DNA from: Shigella phage SH7
DNA: 64,000 nucleotides
Sequence record: KX828711
Direction: 5' to 3' (one strand)
Shown here: positions 23,150-32,403 of the stretch, in pieces
Numbering within the stretch: the first letter of the stretch is position 1
How the letters are laid out: each line of letters opens with the position of its first letter
Made by a program: the position numbers and the translations under genes
Notes under the pieces: model-generated
The model's input: only the letters and a program-made list of their open reading frames with translations
Databases searched by the model: none
What the model was told of the DNA's origin: nothing

Positions 23150-25210
23150 TTATCCTTGAACGAACTTGTAAGGCATGTTTGTAATATCTATGCAAGACGC
23201 AATAATTCCAAGAGATGATTCTACTTTCTGTTTAACATTTGATGAAACAAATGATGCAAAGTCAACTCTGTCTTCTATTTCAATATCACCTGTCATTGCA
23301 ACCAATTCACCAGTTTCCATTAGACGGTCACCGTCATAAATGACTGATTCGGTGAGTTCTTCCGTAGTCATAACTTCAGCTTGAATAAGCTTGTTGTTAG
23401 TTTTGACTGTTCCATCATTGTAAGATGCATCAGTTATTTTATTAACTTTGACCATTAATCCACGTGGCAAAATGACTTCCATTTCATTTGAAGGCGCTAA
23501 ACTTCCGCCTGGTAAAACAACATTGACTTTATCAGCCCCAGTAATAACCCATCCAATTCCGACTAAATTATCGCTAGAATTAACAAGCCCTTCATCATTT
23601 TTATCGATAGAAATGTTTAGACGCTTTTCATCTGGTAAAACACCAACAGCTGAATCAGTCATCCAAGTACCAAAAATGTTTGGATATAATGATGTTGATA
23701 CAAAATTTCTAAAATAAAAAACTCGATTTTTTACCAATGCTTCATATATTGAAGGTAACATTCGCTGTGAACGATATAAAGTAATACCCTTTGGCAATCG
23801 ATCACCATTTTTAAAGGCTGAATCTAAATTATCGATGGCTTGTTCTATTTCAGGTGCTGTTAAAATACTTGTACGCTCATCTGGATTATATAATCCCAAA
23901 AGAGCATTATTCATGTCTACATATCCTGAACCTACATATTCACGAATTCCGCGTTTTTGCGCTGGCGTGTATTTAGATGAATCTTTATTTTCGACTATAG
24001 AATGCAATGACCATCCAACAGTAAGAGCATATCCACGTAATTCTCTTCGAATAATCTTTGTTTTTATTGCATTCCAAGAATTTTGCACTAACTCATTATT
24101 CGCAGTGTCTTGATTTAAATGCGAATGCTTGTTAATATTTCTTTCTAACCAAGCACCTTTATATTTTTCTAAAGTATCATCGACTATAGAAGCAATAGTT
24201 TCTAAAGTTTTTATTGAAGTAATAGATTCTTTTCGTAATCTTTCTAAAGCTTTATTTTTTATTTCTGTATTAACATCAGATTCTTTATCTTCAGGAATTA
24301 TAGAAGCTTCTCTGAATGCCATTCCAGCTGTAACACTATTAAGAGCATTCTCTAATGCAAATCCTGAAGTAGAAATAACAGTTAATTCATTAGCATCAGA
24401 AATTAAAGGAGCGTCAGCGGGTTTATTTAATTCTGCTGCTGAAGCCTCAAATTTTTGAAACATCGGCGTTTCAAATCTAGAAGATTCCAACGACTGACTT
24501 TGTGCAATTGCTCTACGGGAAATTTTAACTTTAACGATTACAGCTTGGTCAGAACGTTTATCATTTTCTTGTGCAATAGATGCTGCAATTGCCTCATTTT
24601 TAGTTACTTGGGCTCCAGTATCTTTATTGATATAAACATCACCGACCTTCGATTCAACTTTAGTAAAGAGCTCGGTACTAATTTCCGGAACTCCTGGAAT
24701 GTCTTCTAGTGATACATTTTTGCGATGTATAAGAATATATGCATACTTTTTATCATAATCCCAGAGTTCCTTAAGAAGGACGTATCTGCCACCTGAACGA
24801 CTACGGATAAGTCTATCAGCAATAACTTGAATTTGTCGAGCTTGGCCAGCAGTTTTAGACTTAAGAATACGAAGCATACAAGCATCAATTTTATACTGAC
24901 GCATCGTTTGCATTGCAACAGTAAAAACTGAATTGATATAATTAATTGGGCTTGGACCAAGACCTTTTAATTTAGCAATTGAACCTTTAGCAGTTAATGT
25001 AAAAGGAACAATATGCATCATTTTATCGCCCATTTTTAAATCGCGATTAGTATCACCTCCAGATGTATAGGTACATAAACGAAAGCCTGGTTGTTCAATT
25101 GCGTCATCGACATGAACTGAAAAAATTTGTGGTATCTTCTTCTTTGGATTTAAGTTTGTAATCGGAAGAGTAGTATCTTCGTCAAATAATTCTGTAATAA
25201 GTTCCATCAT
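23150..25210 (-). CDS. alt: Alt ADP-ribosyltransferase (packaged, injected with DNA)
   Basis: 686 aa; ART motifs LYRSQ, STS, EMEVILPRG. Confidence 0.85.
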   Translation of the reverse strand: MMELITELFDEDTTLPITNLNPKKKIPQIFSVHVDDAIEQPGFRLCTYTSGGDTNRDLKMGDKMMHIVPFTLTAKGSIAKLKGLGPSPINYINSVFTVAMQTMRQYKIDACMLRILKSKTAGQARQIQVIADRLIRSRSGGRYVLLKELWDYDKKYAYILIHRKNVSLEDIPGVPEISTELFTKVESKVGDVYINKDTGAQVTKNEAIAASIAQENDKRSDQAVIVKVKISRRAIAQSQSLESSRFETPMFQKFEASAAELNKPADAPLISDANELTVISTSGFALENALNSVTAGMAFREASIIPEDKESDVNTEIKNKALERLRKESITSIKTLETIASIVDDTLEKYKGAWLERNINKHSHLNQDTANNELVQNSWNAIKTKIIRRELRGYALTVGWSLHSIVENKDSSKYTPAQKRGIREYVGSGYVDMNNALLGLYNPDERTSILTAPEIEQAIDNLDSAFKNGDRLPKGITLYRSQRMLPSIYEALVKNRVFYFRNFVSTSLYPNIFGTWMTDSAVGVLPDEKRLNISIDKNDEGLVNSSDNLVGIGWVITGADKVNVVLPGGSLAPSNEMEVILPRGLMVKVNKITDASYNDGTVKTNNKLIQAEVMTTEELTESVIYDGDRLMETGELVAMTGDIEIEDRVDFASFVSSNVKQKVESSLGIIASCIDITNMPYKFVQG

Positions 25211-25230
25211 ATCCTCTCTAGTGTTTATTC

Positions 25231-25238
25231 TATTTATA
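25231..25238 (-). promoter_or_regulatory. late promoter TATAAATA (minus) upstream of alt
   Basis: Plus tatttata = minus TATAAATA about 20 nt upstream of alt ATG. Confidence 0.55.
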
Positions 25239-25243
25239 AAATT

Positions 25244-25261
25244 AAAGGCCCGAAGGCCTTT
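25244..25261 (-). terminator. hairpin (aaaggcc-CGAA-ggccttt) overlapping stop of upstream ORF
   Basis: Perfect stem with CGAA loop. Confidence 0.5.
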
Positions 25262-25448
25262 AGTAATCTAGTGGTAAGAGAGTACGATATATTTCAAACT
25301 TTGGTCCTTTTTCATAGGCATCAAATGTTTCTGTAAATTTATTGTAAGCGTATGCATCTACAAATTCGAGAATGACTTGTGATACAGAAGTAGAAACATC
25401 TCCACCTTCTTTTTGAGCAATGACAATTGTTTCTAAGTAAGCTTTCAT
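25260..25448 (-). CDS. hypothetical protein (position of T4 alt.1)
   Basis: 62 aa ORF overlapping ligase stop. Confidence 0.5.
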   Translation of the reverse strand: MKAYLETIVIAQKEGGDVSTSVSQVILEFVDAYAYNKFTETFDAYEKGPKFEIYRTLLPLDY

Positions 25449-26908
25449 AAACCAGTTACCTCATGAAAATCACCAAATACATCCTCGAATGTATTAGCTT
25501 TAGTTTTATCTTCACGTAAACGAATCGCAATCGGAAGAAATAATTTAACGTAATCGGTGCGGCCATCAGATTTTAACCAACCGTTGCATTCGCACTCTAG
25601 AATTTTTCCAATATAATAATTTTGGTTTTCCATAATGCGAGTACGGTCAAGTTCATGCGATTTTACACCGGCTTTATCTTTTAAGCCTGAACCAGCATTT
25701 ACTTTAATTTTTCCACACTCTGACTCAAGAATAAATCCACCAGCTTTAGTAGGGTCTTTACGGTGAGGATAAATTCCTACAATTTTTAAATCAACATCAA
25801 TTACTTCTTTAAATTTATAAAGATTTTTTGAACGAGCATTTTCCCATAATCCATCGGTATTTTTGAGAATAATACCTTCAAGACCTTGGTCAATATACTT
25901 TTTGTAAATTACCTTAGCTTCATCTAGGTTATTTACTAGCTGGTTTTCAATTAAAATTACTTTATCATAGCCTGATGTCATTTGTTCTAGTTTAGAAAAA
26001 CGTACATCATACTTTAAACGAAATGCAGGAAGACCATATATTTCTACTAATGGAACATAGTCCCAGACCTGAAACTTCATGCATTGAGCTTCTTTTTCTG
26101 AAATAGTTCCCTTTAAAGATTTATTAGCGATTCCATTAGAAGCAGTACGTGATTCAGCTACTTCGGCGAATTCTTTAGCTTTACTAATTTCAGGATAAGC
26201 ATCAAAAAGAAAATCTAGGCCTTCTGGCTCCTTTTTAACTTGCTCATGGTATACCAATTCGCCATCAATTAACACACCTTCTGGATGAATCTGGCGAGCT
26301 TCTGCAGTCATTTTAATTAACTCTTCCTTAAGAAGATCTAATCCTAGATATTCATTACCAGCTCGTGATAAAAGACGAACATCATCTAATTCATCACCTC
26401 TGACTTCAGCAAAGCACCGAGCTCCATCAGCTTTTAATTGGGCAAAGGCTGGAAATTTGATATTCTTATTAATGCCTTTTTCATCATAAGAACTTGCCAG
26501 CATTTGAGGTTGTTCAGGAATTAAACCTGGCCAAACTTTGTTTGCAATAGATACTGAAGCACCGCATTCAAGGTCTCGCATCATCACCCGACGCAAAACT
26601 TCAACATCATCTTTTTTACCGTCAGTAATATATCCAGTTAATTCCTCAATTGCCGCATTTCCGGTCAATTTCCGAGTAGCTAACGTGAATTCAATGAAGT
26701 CAAGCATATCGGTAAGAGTTAACATTCCAAAACTCTGGGTAGCAATACCCGGTTTAGGCCATTTCTTGATATAATACTGTAACCCACGAGAATAAGTCAG
26801 ACGATATACTCGTTTAAGCAATTCATTATCTTTATTCTTTTCAAGAATTGCTTGCTTCTGTTTAGTTGAACCAATAGATGCTATTTCATTCAGAATTTTA
26901 AGAATCAT
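25445..26908 (-). CDS. 30: ATP-dependent DNA ligase gp30
   Basis: 487 aa (T4 ligase length); adenylation motif KADGAR. Confidence 0.96.
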   Translation of the reverse strand: MILKILNEIASIGSTKQKQAILEKNKDNELLKRVYRLTYSRGLQYYIKKWPKPGIATQSFGMLTLTDMLDFIEFTLATRKLTGNAAIEELTGYITDGKKDDVEVLRRVMMRDLECGASVSIANKVWPGLIPEQPQMLASSYDEKGINKNIKFPAFAQLKADGARCFAEVRGDELDDVRLLSRAGNEYLGLDLLKEELIKMTAEARQIHPEGVLIDGELVYHEQVKKEPEGLDFLFDAYPEISKAKEFAEVAESRTASNGIANKSLKGTISEKEAQCMKFQVWDYVPLVEIYGLPAFRLKYDVRFSKLEQMTSGYDKVILIENQLVNNLDEAKVIYKKYIDQGLEGIILKNTDGLWENARSKNLYKFKEVIDVDLKIVGIYPHRKDPTKAGGFILESECGKIKVNAGSGLKDKAGVKSHELDRTRIMENQNYYIGKILECECNGWLKSDGRTDYVKLFLPIAIRLREDKTKANTFEDVFGDFHEVTGL

Positions 26909-27174
26909 TGTTCATCCTTTAGAGTTTGGTTTACAGCTCTATTATAAATCAATTCATCATTAAGCTCAGGCAAAGACCTATGATATGTAGTTCTAACTTT
27001 ATTTCCTTGCATCCAGTGCTTGACGTAAATGAAACCTTGCTCTACACATTTTTTAAAAATTCGTTCGTCTTTTTGAGCTCGAAATTCTGGATTGCATCTA
27101 AAAAATTGATTTACGTGACCGTAATCACGTGTAGTATTACCTTCATTTTCATAAATAGTGTGAACAACAAACAT
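26905..27174 (-). CDS. hypothetical protein (position of T4 30.1)
   Basis: 89 aa ORF. Confidence 0.55.
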   Translation of the reverse strand: MFVVHTIYENEGNTTRDYGHVNQFFRCNPEFRAQKDERIFKKCVEQGFIYVKHWMQGNKVRTTYHRSLPELNDELIYNRAVNQTLKDEQ

Positions 27175-28013
27175 TAGAATGCTCCTTGGAAAATATTATC
27201 ACCACCAGTAGGTCTATTATACAAATACTCTATGCCACCAGGTTTAATATAGTTCCATGTCTGAAACGGATGTGTCTGATATGGATGATATAGATGATTA
27301 TAAGGATTAAATCCAGGAGTTCTCCAGGTAGTGTTCCAAGGAAAAGAATCGTTTTTAACCATCTTCTCAATTAAATCTTTTATAGCTTTTTCACTATCAA
27401 AACTTTCTTTATTTTCCTTCGATGGAAAAAGCTTATTCTCTACATCATTCCATGTATAAACTCGCTGCGCAGTTTTTGGAATACTGTCACGCTCCCCTCG
27501 AGCCATCCAATAAACAGGAACATTTAATATTTCACTCGCGTGATCGCAGTGGTGAGCGAGATCGTCAATATAACAAATTACGTTATATTTCTCTTTTGCC
27601 TTTTTGAACAACTCTTCTTTTGAAGAATCATGACCACACATCAATACTTCTGAGAAGGCACCAGGAAAAAGAGCATTCAAATTAAATTGACGATTTAGCA
27701 GAGCGTCAATAGAATCACCCAATGCTGTAACAGCTACAAAATTATAATCTTCTTTTAATTTGTTAATTACACACAGGGCATCTTTATACGGAGACAAGTA
27801 ACGAATAAAATCTGAACGATTGTATTTTTCAATTAACTTGACACCAAGTTCTTCATCGCAATTAAAGAGCTTACCAGGAGAAATAAATTTTTCGTCCTGA
27901 ATCATTTTTAAAATATGTTCCAACGGAAGATTATATTTTTGGGCAAAATAAGGAAGACCTGATTGCCAGCTTAAACATACACCATCAATATCAGTTAAAA
28001 TAGTAGGCTTCAT
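27174..28013 (-). CDS. HAD-superfamily hydrolase, deoxyribonucleotidase-like N-domain with aromatic-rich C-terminal extension
   Basis: HAD motif I ILTDIDGV; motif II VAVTALGD; motif IV YIDD. Confidence 0.65.
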   Translation of the reverse strand: MKPTILTDIDGVCLSWQSGLPYFAQKYNLPLEHILKMIQDEKFISPGKLFNCDEELGVKLIEKYNRSDFIRYLSPYKDALCVINKLKEDYNFVAVTALGDSIDALLNRQFNLNALFPGAFSEVLMCGHDSSKEELFKKAKEKYNVICYIDDLAHHCDHASEILNVPVYWMARGERDSIPKTAQRVYTWNDVENKLFPSKENKESFDSEKAIKDLIEKMVKNDSFPWNTTWRTPGFNPYNHLYHPYQTHPFQTWNYIKPGGIEYLYNRPTGGDNIFQGAF

Positions 28014-28474
28014 AGAGAGTCTCTTAATAGGTTTAACACATCAATAAATTCAGCTTCAGTTAGTATTGTATCATCTTTTGTTAGACCACTAGCCATGCTG
28101 TGCTTCAAAACTTTTCCTTTCGAGGCTTGTAATGCATCACGAAAGCCCTTGTTTTGGATCGCTGCCTCAAAATACGCATTTGTGTATAATTCTTTCCAGG
28201 CTGGGGAGTATCTTGAAAACGGAACTCCAAGCCAGAAGAGGGTCCCACGGTCCTGAGCTCTAGTATAAGACCTTCCAGCTTGTTGGGCGGCAAGCCCGGA
28301 TAACCCAAATATACGTCTTTGTTGTTCAACATTTTTCACCTTACATCCTTGGAGGAATCCTTCGAGACCTCCAAATTGAATGCCATCCATAACGAAAGGC
28401 CAATAGGCGAAATTACTTAATGCACATGATGGCCACCTAAAATTACTTCTAATCTCTAACTCAGACATTTTCAA
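28010..28474 (-). CDS. NADAR/YbiA-like (DUF1768) protein
   Basis: LSNFAYWPFVMDG...EGFLQGCK pattern resembles YbiA FSNFAAWPI...EHYFQAQK. Confidence 0.6.
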   Translation of the reverse strand: MKMSELEIRSNFRWPSCALSNFAYWPFVMDGIQFGGLEGFLQGCKVKNVEQQRRIFGLSGLAAQQAGRSYTRAQDRGTLFWLGVPFSRYSPAWKELYTNAYFEAAIQNKGFRDALQASKGKVLKHSMASGLTKDDTILTEAEFIDVLNLLRDSL

Positions 28475-28667
28475 TGCTTATAATTTCAACATCAGCCCAA
28501 TGACCATAGTTTGGTAGACGAAATTCAACTGGCCAGTCACTGCCTTTTTCTAATATAATAGACTTAACTTGCGGTTCTTCATGTTCATCAGTATATGGAT
28601 TTTTATCTGTTACTTTATATGTGACCTTAATGTACTGAATTCCAAAAATCTTATTAATTATATTCAT
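28461..28667 (-). CDS. hypothetical protein
   Basis: 68 aa ORF in overlapping-gene series. Confidence 0.5.
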   Translation of the reverse strand: MNIINKIFGIQYIKVTYKVTDKNPYTDEHEEPQVKSIILEKGSDWPVEFRLPNYGHWADVEIISIENV

Positions 28668-28861
28668 ACTAATTCCTTTAATCCGTAAATAGGAGATAAT
28701 TCATCACCCATACGAAGGTCTTCATTTCCATCTACCCAGGAAACAATATAAGCCTCTTTTATTTGAACACCACTCCATTTAAATGGAGGTAGAACCTTAG
28801 AAATTAATCCAGGTATACCAACTCCCTTTAATTCAACAGTTTGACCTAAAAAGAATTTCAT
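28664..28861 (-). CDS. hypothetical protein
   Basis: 65 aa ORF. Confidence 0.5.
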   Translation of the reverse strand: MKFFLGQTVELKGVGIPGLISKVLPPFKWSGVQIKEAYIVSWVDGNEDLRMGDELSPIYGLKELV

Positions 28862-29148
28862 CAGAACCTCATCTGAAAGCCGTGTGATTTAACATTACCG
28901 CCGCCAATATCAGAAATATTAATTTCACGCGCAATTGAAGGGTCAATGTCAATTTCACGATTAAGTTTAGCGATAGCTAAAGTATCACGCCCATTTACTG
29001 TACGGAATTCTAAAGGACAAACCACATCAACATAATTTTTAATCGATTCACTGGTAGGTTGCAAATGAGCAGGAAGGTCTTTAGGCGCCTTAGAGAAAAC
29101 AACTTCACAGAAATTTTTGCGGGTATCAAAATAAGTAGTCATAAACAT
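28861..29148 (-). CDS. hypothetical protein
   Basis: Likely start ATG 29148 (MFMTTYF) after GAGGAAAA; track N-extension runs through a hairpin. Confidence 0.5.
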   Translation of the reverse strand: MFMTTYFDTRKNFCEVVFSKAPKDLPAHLQPTSESIKNYVDVVCPLEFRTVNGRDTLAIAKLNREIDIDPSIAREINISDIGGGNVKSHGFQMRF

Positions 29149-29165
29149 AGTATTTTCCTCAGTAA

Positions 29166-29179
29166 GGGGCCGAAGCCCC
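29166..29179. promoter_or_regulatory. intergenic GC hairpin (ggggc-CGAA-gcccc)
   Basis: Same hairpin sequence as 8684-8697. Confidence 0.45.
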
Positions 29180-29188
29180 TGTTTTATT

Positions 29189-29554
29189 TTAAATATCAAA
29201 TTCGTTAAGAACTACATCAAAGATTGCTTCAAGATGCTCAGGTTTAGCTCTGTTACTCAGAATATGACGAATCCAAGTTTTAACCAGAAGCTTACGATTA
29301 ACGCCATTCCAGCAAGGATGAGTCCCTAAATCACGTTGACGAAAATCATCATCCAAAGCGATTTTGAAGTTGGAGCCTTCCATTGTGATTGAAACCGTGA
29401 TGCCATTTTCAAATCGCATATAAACGTAGTTAGGAGTCATATACTGTTCAATTTCGCATACTGATCCATTTTGATGTTTCCAAAGGCAGATAGTATCAAT
29501 AGAACCTGCAATACCATTAGAAACATATTTACGTTCAAAGTTGATGTAGTTCAT
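29189..29554 (-). CDS. hypothetical protein
   Basis: 121 aa ORF. Confidence 0.55.
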   Translation of the reverse strand: MNYINFERKYVSNGIAGSIDTICLWKHQNGSVCEIEQYMTPNYVYMRFENGITVSITMEGSNFKIALDDDFRQRDLGTHPCWNGVNRKLLVKTWIRHILSNRAKPEHLEAIFDVVLNEFDI

Positions 29555-29622
29555 TTTTATTCTCCGAGATGTTTAATTGCGGTACAGGTATATAATATCA
29601 TATCCTGTACCAAAGTAAACAA

Positions 29623-29955
29623 TTATTTTACTACTTTCCAATGCTTCATATCAAGTTTACCAACTTTTTTCATCTTCTCAATTAAGCGTTCGGCACGTTG
29701 GCGAGCTGTAACATAATACCATTCACCTAATTCATTTTGTTCAATTTTTCCAACGATTACTGTATTCAATTCATAAATCCAACCAGTAAAGAAATTATGA
29801 ACTTGAATTGTAAAGGTGAAATCTGTTCCCATACCTTCTGTTGTTTCTACTTCAATAATATCACCTTCAACTGCCATTAAGAACCACATAGTTTCATCAT
29901 ATTTACCAGTGAAGCATTTAGTTTTAACTGCAGCGTTCAGATTAATCGTTTTCAT
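29623..29955 (-). CDS. hypothetical protein
   Basis: 110 aa ORF. Confidence 0.55.
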   Translation of the reverse strand: MKTINLNAAVKTKCFTGKYDETMWFLMAVEGDIIEVETTEGMGTDFTFTIQVHNFFTGWIYELNTVIVGKIEQNELGEWYYVTARQRAERLIEKMKKVGKLDMKHWKVVK

Positions 29956-30042
29956 TTTATTCTCCTTTGTTTGTGTAAGATAATACTATCACAAAGGAAC
30001 CATACTGTAAACAACTTTATGCAATCTTTGGAAAATAAAAAA

Positions 30043-30060
30043 GGACTCCCGAAGGAGTCC
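30043..30060 (-). terminator. hairpin (ggactcc-CGAA-ggagtcc) downstream of small basic ORF
   Basis: Perfect 7 bp stem. Confidence 0.5.
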
Positions 30061-30065
30061 TCAAC

Positions 30066-30242
30066 TTATGCTTTCTGCTTACCAAAACGAGAAGCATCAT
30101 CTCGAAGAACCGCACGTGCTCGACGCATGATCTTCTCAACAGTTTGATTGATACGAGAGTTCGACCCACGCTTGTAGCCAGCGCGTTTAGAATCACCAAC
30201 TTTCTTTTCAACTGCTTTCTTTGCTTTAACTTGTTTTGCCAT
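30066..30242 (-). CDS. small highly basic protein, 58 aa
   Basis: Likely start MAKQVKAKK; K/R-rich throughout. Confidence 0.5.
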   Translation of the reverse strand: MAKQVKAKKAVEKKVGDSKRAGYKRGSNSRINQTVEKIMRRARAVLRDDASRFGKQKA

Positions 30243-30488
30243 TATAAATTCTCTTTTAAATGAAAATGCAGGACTTATTGGCATTGCCTGCGCAAGCCCT
30301 CAAGGGGAACATAGGTTTTTTGGATATTTAACGACCAGGATAACCATAAACCCGTCATCATTCACATTCAAGAGGTACACCGTAAAACTGCCGGGGTCTT
30401 AAAACTATAATGATTCGCAAATCATTAATCAGACAGTTCGACGGCTCCTCGATTTTAGCTCACGCTAATGCAGTGAATCTCCAATAAA

Positions 30489-30737
30489 TTACTTCAATGT
30501 TACCACAAAGTGACGAACTGCTTTTCGTGCAGCAGAAGCCAAAGGCTTAGCATATTTAAGTTCATCTTTTTCCTGAAGCTCAGCAGCTAATGCAGTTTGA
30601 GCAGGATTCAGATGTTTGAAATAACGCAGGATTTCAAGAGCTTCGGCTTCAACATCAATAGATGCACCATAGTTTTCGTGACCATTATTCCATGCGTTTC
30701 GTTGCAGTTCAAGAGCGTGTTGTAATTGTTTAATCAT
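30489..30737 (-). CDS. rIII: rIII lysis-inhibition accessory protein
   Basis: 82 aa (T4 rIII length); position next to gene 31. Confidence 0.75.
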   Translation of the reverse strand: MIKQLQHALELQRNAWNNGHENYGASIDVEAEALEILRYFKHLNPAQTALAAELQEKDELKYAKPLASAARKAVRHFVVTLK

Positions 30738-30876
30738 TTAAAAATTCTCGTTAGAGATTAAAACTCGGTAGTCACGTTCTTCTGAATTTCATCTTCTTTC
30801 GACAGATCTCTCAGTTGTAGACTACCACGTAGAATTGTTCGGTTAACTTATTATTCCGACACCCAATTCATATTAT

Positions 30877-30884
30877 TATTTATA
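30877..30884 (-). promoter_or_regulatory. late promoter TATAAATA (minus) at 3' end of gene 31
   Basis: Plus tatttata; about 140 nt leader to rIII containing an inverted repeat. Confidence 0.45.
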
Positions 30885-31220
30885 TCACTTATAAAGACAT
30901 GGAATAGCTTTATAGTGACAAGTAACGAATTTTTGTTTAATTTCTTTTGGCTGCTTAAGACCCAGAGCTACAAAAGGATGCGGAACATTTCGAATTTGAC
31001 CAACTGGAAGAGAAGTCAAATCACCAACTTCGCAGAAACCTTCAGGAACATCAGGACCGACAGAGTGAACTACACACAGTTCAGGAACTTCACCTTGAAC
31101 ACGTTTACCGATAATAAGTCCTGATTCTGTAACTTCTTCATCACCGGCTTGTGCAGGTTCAGAAACTAAAATAACATATTCACCGACAGCACGAATTGGT
31201 AGCTGTTGTACTTCAGACAT
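30885..31220 (-). CDS. 31: gp31 GroES-like co-chaperonin for capsid folding
   Basis: 111 aa (T4 gp31 length); position. Confidence 0.88.
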
Positions 31221-31276
31221 CGTTTTTCCTTTTTGTTAACAGATGAATTAATAATAACAAATAATTCTTAAAGCAT

Positions 31277-31585
31277 TTATTTACCAATAAATTGAAGCAA
31301 ATGCTCAACTTTCATACCATTAACAGAAATCAATTTGTCAATAGAAAAACCTCGCCATGCACCAAGTTCAACATCAAATACTGGAATCATATCCGTAGAT
31401 TCTTTCCGAGTAGATTCAGTCAATTTACCAGTTTGCATGGTTGGCATAAAATCTGCATCACGAGTACCTTCCATAGTACGAATAGTACCATCAGACTTTT
31501 CAAAAACTACGTTTGAAACACCCATGGACAGTTTAGTTTTCAAAATTTCACGAATTGCTACTTTCTGCTCAGTTGTCAGTTTCAT
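31277..31585 (-). CDS. hypothetical protein (position of 31.1)
   Basis: 102 aa ORF. Confidence 0.55.
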   Translation of the reverse strand: MKLTTEQKVAIREILKTKLSMGVSNVVFEKSDGTIRTMEGTRDADFMPTMQTGKLTESTRKESTDMIPVFDVELGAWRGFSIDKLISVNGMKVEHLLQFIGK

Positions 31586-31822
31586 TTATTTACCTATTAC
31601 AGTTTTAATATGAGTTGTTCCACGTTCTTTAAGAGTGGAAAGCAATTTTTGGCATTTTTCTAAATCAGATTTCCAACTATACGGACTATCAATACAAACC
31701 CAGTTTGACTTATAATACTGCTTCCATTTAGAGAAAAAATACTTCTTATACTCTACAGCAAATGAAATATTCTCGTTGGAATAAGAACTAATTGCTGTGA
31801 GTTGTACCAAACGAAATTTCAT
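31586..31822 (-). CDS. hypothetical protein (position of 31.2)
   Basis: 78 aa ORF. Confidence 0.55.
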   Translation of the reverse strand: MKFRLVQLTAISSYSNENISFAVEYKKYFFSKWKQYYKSNWVCIDSPYSWKSDLEKCQKLLSTLKERGTTHIKTVIGK

Positions 31823-32403
31823 TATTCACCACAGAATTCGTTGATATTTTCCCAATTTAACTTATTCAAGTTTTTCTTAGGAACATTAAACACTTCAATA
31901 CCCGCATTTCGCAGAATATCATCCCAGCCAGGTTTATTTTTATCGTATGTTTCACAATAAACCAACTTTTTAATACCAGATTGAGCTATCGCTTTTGCAC
32001 AATCTGGACAAGGAGAAAGTGTTACATACATAGTAGCACCTTCAATAGAAGAACCATTTCGTGCAGCAAACAAAATTGCATTTAGTTCAGCATGAATTTC
32101 ATTTTTAGACGACCATTCAGAGTGAGCGCTACGGTGTTCTTTCGCCAAGACAAAACGATCAGTTGAACCAAATGATACACATTCAGGCTTATGACCTTGA
32201 ATGATAGTATGTTTAGGCTTATTCAGCAACCAACCTTGCTCGGCAGCATAATCACAGCAATTCACACCGCCTGCAGGCGAACCGTTATATCCAGTAGAAA
32301 TAATACGTCCATTCTTTTCAATTACTGCTCCTACCTTCCAGGAGCAACATTTGGATTCTTGTGATACTAAATATGCAATTTGAAGTACTGTACTCGCTTT
32401 CAT
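31822..32403 (-). CDS. cd: dCMP deaminase
   Basis: 193 aa; zinc motifs HAELNA and SPCPDCAK. Confidence 0.95.
   Translation of the reverse strand: MKASTVLQIAYLVSQESKCCSWKVGAVIEKNGRIISTGYNGSPAGGVNCCDYAAEQGWLLNKPKHTIIQGHKPECVSFGSTDRFVLAKEHRSAHSEWSSKNEIHAELNAILFAARNGSSIEGATMYVTLSPCPDCAKAIAQSGIKKLVYCETYDKNKPGWDDILRNAGIEVFNVPKKNLNKLNWENINEFCGE

Noticed and set aside
23448-24960. Several ORFs of 84-109 aa on both strands inside the alt gene
   Set aside because: Nested within or antisense to the Alt coding frame, with no translational signals.
30017-30211. 64 aa minus-strand ORF overlapping the small basic-protein gene in another frame
   Set aside because: Out-of-frame overlap with a better-supported ORF that has an RBS and terminator.
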